A stretch of DNA of 11,329 nt from Chthoniobacteraceae bacterium (GTDB taxonomy: Bacteria > Verrucomicrobiota > Verrucomicrobiia > Chthoniobacterales > Chthoniobacteraceae), in the NCBI GenBank assembly GCA_031409335.1, contig JANNWY010000024.1, positions 1 to 11,329 of the forward strand, written 5' to 3'. Position numbers and translations under genes: made by a program. Below are positions 7,501 to 11,329 of this stretch, one piece after another; position 1 is the first letter of the stretch; each line of letters starts with the position of its first letter. The notes under the pieces are model-generated. The model was not told the origin of the DNA and searched no databases. It saw only the letters and a program-made list of their open reading frames with translations.

Positions 7501-8799
7501 AGCGGCACGCAGGAGCAGGAGTATTTCATCATCAGAAACCTGAGCGGCTCCACGCTCGACATCAGCGGCTGGAAGCTAGCCGGGGCGGTGGAATATACTT
7601 TCCCGGGCGGGACGGTGATTCCGGCTTACACGGATGGCGTGGAAAATATCGGGTTGATCCACGTCGCGCGGAATCCGCTGCAATTCCGCGCTCGTGCGAG
7701 TGGACCCACTGGCGCGCAGATGCGGCTCGTGGTCGGGCCGTATCAGGGGCAGCTCTCGGCGCGGGGTGAAACGATCACGCTTCTCCGGCCCATTGCGCCG
7801 CTCGATCCGGCGACGCTTTACTCGACCGTGGCCACGCAGGCTTACGCCAGCGCGCCGACCGCGACGCAAAACGCGCTGCGCGTCACCGAGCTGAATTTTC
7901 GCCCGACCGATCCCACGCCCGCCGAACTGCTCGCGCTGGCGGGTGTGTCGGCGAGCGACTTCGAATTCATCGAGTTGCTGAATACCGGAGCGACTCCGCT
8001 GAATCTCGCGGGTGCGTATTTCGACAAGGGCGTCACGTTCACTTTCCCGGCGGGTTTCACGCTCGGCGCGGGCCAGCGCTGCCTGGTCGTCGCGCATGTG
8101 GCCGCGTTCAATTTGCGCTACGGCGCTGGCGTGAATGTCGCGGGCGCGTTCGAGGGCAGCCTCGATAACAGCGGCGAGACGATCCAACTGCTCGATGTGG
8201 TCGGCGAGGAAATCCTGGAATTCAGCTACAACGACACGTGGTATCCGCCGACGGATGGCGCGGGTTACAGCCTCGTCGTGCGCGCGGCGAATCCGGCTTT
8301 CGATGGCTATGGAAATGCGGTCGCGTGGGCGATCAGCGGAAGCGCGGGCGGCAGTCCGGGTGGCGGCGATACCGGCGGATTTTCGCAGGTTTTCGAGGGC
8401 TGGCGTCACGATCATTTCACCGCCGCGGAATTGACCGCGGGCACGCTCACCGGCCTCACGACGGACGCGGAGGGCGACGGCGACAGCAACTTTTACGAAT
8501 ACGCTTTTGGTGGAAATCCGCGCGCGAACGACGGCCATTCCGTGCCCGGCTCCGTCGTCGTGAATGATGCGGGGACGAACTACGGCGCGGTCACTTTCAC
8601 CCGGCGCAAAAAGGCGCTCGACGTGACGTATGCCGTGGAGATCAGCGGCGACCTGGCGAACGTCGCGGGCTGGAGCGCGGTGAATCTGCCCGTCGGCGCA
8701 GCGCTTGATCTCGGCAATGGGTTGGAGCGGGTGACGTATCGCGACAGCGTGCCGATGGGCGCGGGCGGACGTTTCTTTCGCGTCAAGGCGACGAAGTAA
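4540..8799 (+). CDS. Secreted lamin-tail-domain and CotH-family kinase protein
   Basis: Signal peptide (MHPRTFFPSFFSVVLLAIFLSGSCFARA|Q). Lamin-tail motifs: VVISEFMA...DWLELHN...LNGWYLTD, IEAVEFNP...EYFIIRN...DISGWKL and LRVTELNF...FEFIELLN. A jelly-roll-like segment (EDGYIAYLNG...GANVLAI) and a choice-of-anchor-X-like motif (MLDDGLNGDVLAGDGIFTG). CotH motifs: KKSHNL, LRNTMAW, GLYDLVE, NDYGHKNYY, LPWDQDLSFG. C-terminal EYAFGGNP...YAVEISGDL...W...RFFRVK domain. Confidence 0.92.
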   Translation: MHPRTFFPSFFSVVLLAIFLSGSCFARAQVVISEFMAENFTSPYVDENDDREDWLELHNTGAGAVNLNGWYLTDEATDLRKWQFPVSTPAVSLAPGARLLVWCSNKNRKTNAARLHTNFKLGNDGEYLALVRADGLTVEHHYNSFLQLSGKLTYPPQPPDVSCGISGGTQWQTLLGPPPGATSYSLGIRARVPLGAGDMTGWNQRVYTESGTTWYSRSVGLDAGYYKGIGFDTVGNTAYLIHPSGNARYFPGVTPNTAWMSTINSTIQLRFPFTVADAAQVQALQLKIRWEDGYIAYLNGVKISEANAPVSPVFNSSATADRQDGECEDVDIVSLAGAQVNLVAGANVLAIQGLNNSASNALFLCTPTIEARVPGGGTPGQAGYLQAATPGAENAVASSAIGPIITDTTKAPAQPVAGSATPITVMARVRPALNAISAVTLHHRAMYAVETPVVMLDDGLNGDVLAGDGIFTGRIPVTTLLPGEMLRWRVEATDTLTNKSTDPVYLDATDNDQYFGTVALDPALATSQLPVLHWFVASADDSGTRAKTGARCSFFYRVQKADLTWENNFYDNVVVSLHGQSSSQFPVTKKSHNLGFNKDNRFEWSNAEERVKGLNLLTNYADKAKLRNTMAWDTWNRALQPSHWSLPVRVQKNGVFWGLYDLVEDAHEQFLDRVGLDPEGALYKVYNSLENVNQSVNAGNGIEKKTREFEGYSDLAALEAGMNTTNSLSSRRTYLYDNVNVPHLVNQLAISTLIASNDYGHKNYYMYRDTLGTGEWSMLPWDQDLSFGHTWVGGPAYFDDDIDSHLGLVLGATGTNRLTGMICSNNATTSSTELVQMYLRRLRTLMDQFLVSSTATDGPMEQRINQIVDRLDPPGAGFTTDGDLDLQKWGYWTDGSGTSISGVGLDTAIHDHGMRKQALRILSSNPSPPYPAANPNTNLNRTTIPAFLPGRRALFYGGTLSLLGQTIPPAQTLAPAVTIEAVEFNPASGTQEQEYFIIRNLSGSTLDISGWKLAGAVEYTFPGGTVIPAYTDGVENIGLIHVARNPLQFRARASGPTGAQMRLVVGPYQGQLSARGETITLLRPIAPLDPATLYSTVATQAYASAPTATQNALRVTELNFRPTDPTPAELLALAGVSASDFEFIELLNTGATPLNLAGAYFDKGVTFTFPAGFTLGAGQRCLVVAHVAAFNLRYGAGVNVAGAFEGSLDNSGETIQLLDVVGEEILEFSYNDTWYPPTDGAGYSLVVRAANPAFDGYGNAVAWAISGSAGGSPGGGDTGGFSQVFEGWRHDHFTAAELTAGTLTGLTTDAEGDGDSNFYEYAFGGNPRANDGHSVPGSVVVNDAGTNYGAVTFTRRKKALDVTYAVEISGDLANVAGWSAVNLPVGAALDLGNGLERVTYRDSVPMGAGGRFFRVKATK

Positions 8800-10315
8800 T
8801 GCCGTCGTCGAGAAGCTGCGCGAGCCCGAGCACGGGGATGAAAACCCAGCCGGGCCGGTTGTTCAATTCGTAGGCGACTTCGTAAATCGCCTTCTCGATC
8901 AGATGGAGCGTCAACAGCGCCTGGAGAGCGGCTGGCTCCGTGGGAACGAAGGACGCGCCGGTCGTCGCGGCGAGCCATGCATCGAGGAAAACCTGCGCGA
9001 CTTTTCGCGTCCAGGTTTCCGCCGCGGCGCGCGCTTCATGGCTGGCGGGGTGGGGGATCGCCGAGTGCGCCGCGTAGTGAAAAGAGCGCAGCATTCCCGC
9101 CACGTCGCGCAACGGCGAGCGCTTCATCCGCCGCTCCTCGATCGATCGCGCGGGCTCACCCTCGAAGTCGATGATGACGAAATCAGCGCCGGTATCCAGC
9201 ACCTGCCCGAGATGGTAGTCGCCGTGATGCCGCGTTTTCGTCGCGGTGATCTCGCACGCCGCGAGCGTCGCAAGTCGCGCGAGGATCTCACCCTCGCGAT
9301 GGAGCAGCGCCGTCGCGTTCGGACGATCCGCCTCGGGAATATTGGCGAGCTGTTTCCCGAGCAATTCCATCGTTCGCTTGGTGGCCGCTTTTGCGGAATC
9401 GCAGACGGCGGTCCGGTCCTCACTCGAAAAGGGTTCGGGTGCAAAAGCCGGGTCCTCCGAATCCGCCGCGAGCGCCACGTGCATTTCACCGGTCCGCGTG
9501 CCGAGCTGGCGGGCGCGGGCGAGGTAAAGCGCGCCACTTTCGGAGCCGTCGAACTGCCGCCGCAGCGAAGCGAGCGTGAAAGCCCACGCGTCGCCTGTGC
9601 TCGGAACGTTCGCGACGAGCAGCGCGAGCGTGCGCGATTGGCCAGCCGCCGGGCAGTATTCGATCGCTCCACAAAACGCGGGGACGTGGGCGAAGCCCTG
9701 GCGTTCGCTCAGGAAGCGAATCAGCTCCGCGTCAGGATTTTCGCCGATCGCAGGCTTGCGGTAGAGTTTTAGGAAATAGCGGTCGCCGTAGATGATGGCG
9801 GAGTTGCTTTGCTCGGCGGCGATCACGCGGGAATCCATTGGCCGGGACCGTCCGGCCAGTGCAGCGCCGCAGATTCCGACGATCGCGGCATTGCCCGTGC
9901 TAATTCGTTTTTCGCGAAAAATGAGGTCGATAAGGGTGGCGCGGAAATTTTCGTCGGTCAGCGCATCGAACAGAAAACCCCCGCTCATGCGCGCCACGAT
10001 CAAGGCGTTTGGCGGCGCAATGGGCGCGAGCTGGAGGGGGAGCACATACGTCTCGGCCGGGTGATCTTCGTAGATCGCTTCGAGGAGAATCAGCCTGCCT
10101 GCCGCCAGCTCGCCGAGCGGCAGCGAGGCGATCGCGCGGACCGCGACCAGCGCGTAAGCCTTCCCGCCAAACCAGCGCGCCTCCCGCAGCAGGGCCGGCA
10201 GCGTGTGCCCGGTGAAATCTGCACTTTCAAACAAACGATCGACGTTTTCCCAAGTCGCCGGGAGATCGGCTGACGCTGGGGCGAAGGCGTGGGCGGGGTG
10301 CGTTGCTTCAGGCAT
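8783..10315 (-). CDS. Putative maltokinase (Pep2/Mak-like; homologous to the C-terminal kinase part of TreS-maltokinase fusions)
   Basis: Motifs ARWFGGK, EQSNSAI, FLKLYRK, GENPDAE, RHHGDYHLGQVL, IIDFEGEP, SPLRDVAGMLRSFHYAA and EKAIYEVAYELNNRPGWV. The start is placed at ATG 10315 (MPEATH) because the extension to 10492 is not domain-like and occupies the divergent intergenic region. Confidence 0.88.
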   Translation of the reverse strand: MPEATHPAHAFAPASADLPATWENVDRLFESADFTGHTLPALLREARWFGGKAYALVAVRAIASLPLGELAAGRLILLEAIYEDHPAETYVLPLQLAPIAPPNALIVARMSGGFLFDALTDENFRATLIDLIFREKRISTGNAAIVGICGAALAGRSRPMDSRVIAAEQSNSAIIYGDRYFLKLYRKPAIGENPDAELIRFLSERQGFAHVPAFCGAIEYCPAAGQSRTLALLVANVPSTGDAWAFTLASLRRQFDGSESGALYLARARQLGTRTGEMHVALAADSEDPAFAPEPFSSEDRTAVCDSAKAATKRTMELLGKQLANIPEADRPNATALLHREGEILARLATLAACEITATKTRHHGDYHLGQVLDTGADFVIIDFEGEPARSIEERRMKRSPLRDVAGMLRSFHYAAHSAIPHPASHEARAAAETWTRKVAQVFLDAWLAATTGASFVPTEPAALQALLTLHLIEKAIYEVAYELNNRPGWVFIPVLGLAQLLDDGITSSP

Positions 10316-10378
10316 GGGCGACACGTAAGCGTGCGCGCCGCGCGCAGACAAGTTTCTCGCGCGCATCTTTGCCCGAGA

Positions 10379-10404
10379 AAGCAGCTTGGGCATACGAGCT
10401 GCTT
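10379..10404. promoter_or_regulatory. Inverted repeat AAGCAGCT-N10-AGCTGCTT in the divergent intergenic region, overlapping a weak sigma-54-like GG-N10-GC
   Basis: Perfect 8-bp arms at 10379-10386 and 10397-10404. GG(10389-10390)-CATACGAGCT-GC(10401-10402)T has -24/-12 spacing. Its function is inferred only. Confidence 0.3.
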
Positions 10405-10589
10405 GGCGAGGAGTTGCATTCCAGCATGAGAAAAGCACTACCCACACCCATTGCGGCCACCGTCGATCGAAGGGACTCATCGACCCAGGCATCCTTTCTC
10501 AAACCGTTCCTCTTCCGACCCCGCTTTGCCCCGATTTTGACTCACCTGCACCAGCCACTCGCCACCCAAGCCACTTTTTTCCAAACCAT

Positions 10590-11329
10590 ATGAACAACAT
10601 TAACGTAACCACCCTGACGACGGCCCAAGTGGCGGGTCTTAGCACCGTTGTCATCCGCAGCTTCTCGACCGATCAGATTGCGGAACTCTCAAGCGAACAG
10701 TTGGCGGTGATGACGACGGCGCAAATAGGTGTCTTCACGAGCGGCCAACTCGCCGCGATCACCACGAGCGCGGTGGTCGGACTCACCAGCACTCAGGCGG
10801 GCGTTTTCACGACTGCGCAACTGGTCGGGCTGACGACTGCACAAGCCAGCTCGCTCAGTAGCACGCAAGTCGGTGGCTTCAGCACTGCGGGAGTGAAAGC
10901 GTTGACGACTTCGCAGCTCGGAGGGTTTACCACCGACGGTGTGGTTGGATTCACGAATTCGCAGGTCGCGGTATTGAGTTCCGCGCAGCTCAGCAGCCTG
11001 TCCACGTCGCAGGTGGACGTCCTCTCCAGCTCGCAACTAGGCGCGCTGAGCACGACGGCAATCAAGGGCTTGACGACGGCGCAGATCGCCGTGCTGACCA
11101 GCACGGATACCGTCGGCTTTACCACGGCGGAGATTGCCGCGCTTTCGAGCACCCAGCTCACCGCGCTGGCGACGGACGGCCTCGCCGGGCTGACGACTGC
11201 CCAAGTCCGCACCCTCAATTCCGCCCAGGTCGCCGGGCTCACCACCACGCAGGTGGACGCGCTCACCAGTACGCAACTCGGCGCGTTGAGCACTTCGGCA
11301 ATCAAAGGTCTAACGACGGCGCAGCTCGC
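10590..11329 (+). CDS. Ser/Thr-rich octapeptide-repeat protein (LTTAQxxx type); partial, 3' end beyond the window
   Basis: Manually translated open frame from ATG 10590 with no stop: MNNINVTT LTTAQVAG LSTVVIRS FSTDQIAE LSSEQLAV MTTAQIGV FTSGQLAA ... LTSTQLGA LSTSAIKG LTTAQL (246 codons, 29 full 8-aa units plus a partial unit). It is missing from the ORF track, probably because it has no stop in the window. Confidence 0.9.
   Translation, partial: MNNINVTTLTTAQVAGLSTVVIRSFSTDQIAELSSEQLAVMTTAQIGVFTSGQLAAITTSAVVGLTSTQAGVFTTAQLVGLTTAQASSLSSTQVGGFSTAGVKALTTSQLGGFTTDGVVGFTNSQVAVLSSAQLSSLSTSQVDVLSSSQLGALSTTAIKGLTTAQIAVLTSTDTVGFTTAEIAALSSTQLTALATDGLAGLTTAQVRTLNSAQVAGLTTTQVDALTSTQLGALSTSAIKGLTTAQL
10614..11329 (+). 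repeat. Degenerate 24-nt coding tandem repeat with a 240-nt higher-order duplication
   Basis: Consensus [LF]-[TS]-[TS]-x-Q-[VIL]-x-x in unbroken register. The DNA from about 11009 (gcaggtggacgtcctctccagctcgcaactaggcgcgctgagcacgacggcaatcaaggg) closely matches that from about 11249 (gcaggtggacgcgctcaccagtacgcaactcggcgcgttgagcacttcggcaatcaaagg). Confidence 0.9.

Noticed and set aside
5485..8538. Minus-strand ORFs of 489, 256 and 320 aa, and alternate-frame plus ORFs inside the CotH gene
   Set aside because: They fully overlap a motif-rich 1419-aa gene and show no independent domain signal.
10404..10418. TGGCGAGGAGTTGCA as a sigma-54 promoter
   Set aside because: GG-to-GC spacing is 9 nt rather than the required 10.
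10316..10492. N-terminal extension of the maltokinase ORF to 10492
   Set aside because: The sequence is not domain-like and covers the palindromic divergent intergenic region; ATG 10315 sits shortly before the conserved RWFGGK region.
10554..10574. Three GCCAC pentamers just upstream of the repeat gene
   Set aside because: Irregular spacing (7 and 9 nt) in a C-rich leader; consistent with chance.
10689..11305. Minus-strand repeat-like ORFs (170, 115 and 79 aa), including the Cys/Val-periodic one
   Set aside because: Their periodicity is the reverse-complement image of the plus-strand octapeptide gene, which has a clear ATG and an uninterrupted frame.
10614..11329. 24-nt periodic region as a CRISPR array or an InaZ-type ice-nucleation gene
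   Set aside because: There are no identical repeats with unique spacers, and variation is codon-like. The AGYGSTxT consensus of InaZ is absent, as the region contains no Tyr.

Overview
GC-rich window, most likely from a PVC-superphylum bacterium (Verrucomicrobiota-like, inferred from the LEPRxLL-type motif, the lamin-tail/CotH architecture and leaders lacking a Shine-Dalgarno sequence). It holds four credible genes. (1) Minus strand, 91-~4311: a large extracellular multidomain protein with a LEPRxLL-like motif, Gly-rich repeats and Ig-like domains. It carries an internal vanadium-dependent haloperoxidase (PAP2-superfamily) domain with all three active-site motifs and has a C11 homopolymer in its first codons. 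Its C-terminus appears cut by an IS-like element whose terminal repeat lies at 119-133. (2) Plus strand, 4540-8799: a secreted lamin-tail-domain / CotH-kinase protein. (3) Minus strand, 8783-~10315: a stand-alone maltokinase (Pep2/Mak-like). (4) Plus strand, 10590 to the window end, absent from the ORF track: a Ser/Thr-rich protein of strict 8-residue repeats (LTTAQxxx type) with an 80-residue super-period. The other long ORFs in the track are antisense or frameshifted shadows of these genes.
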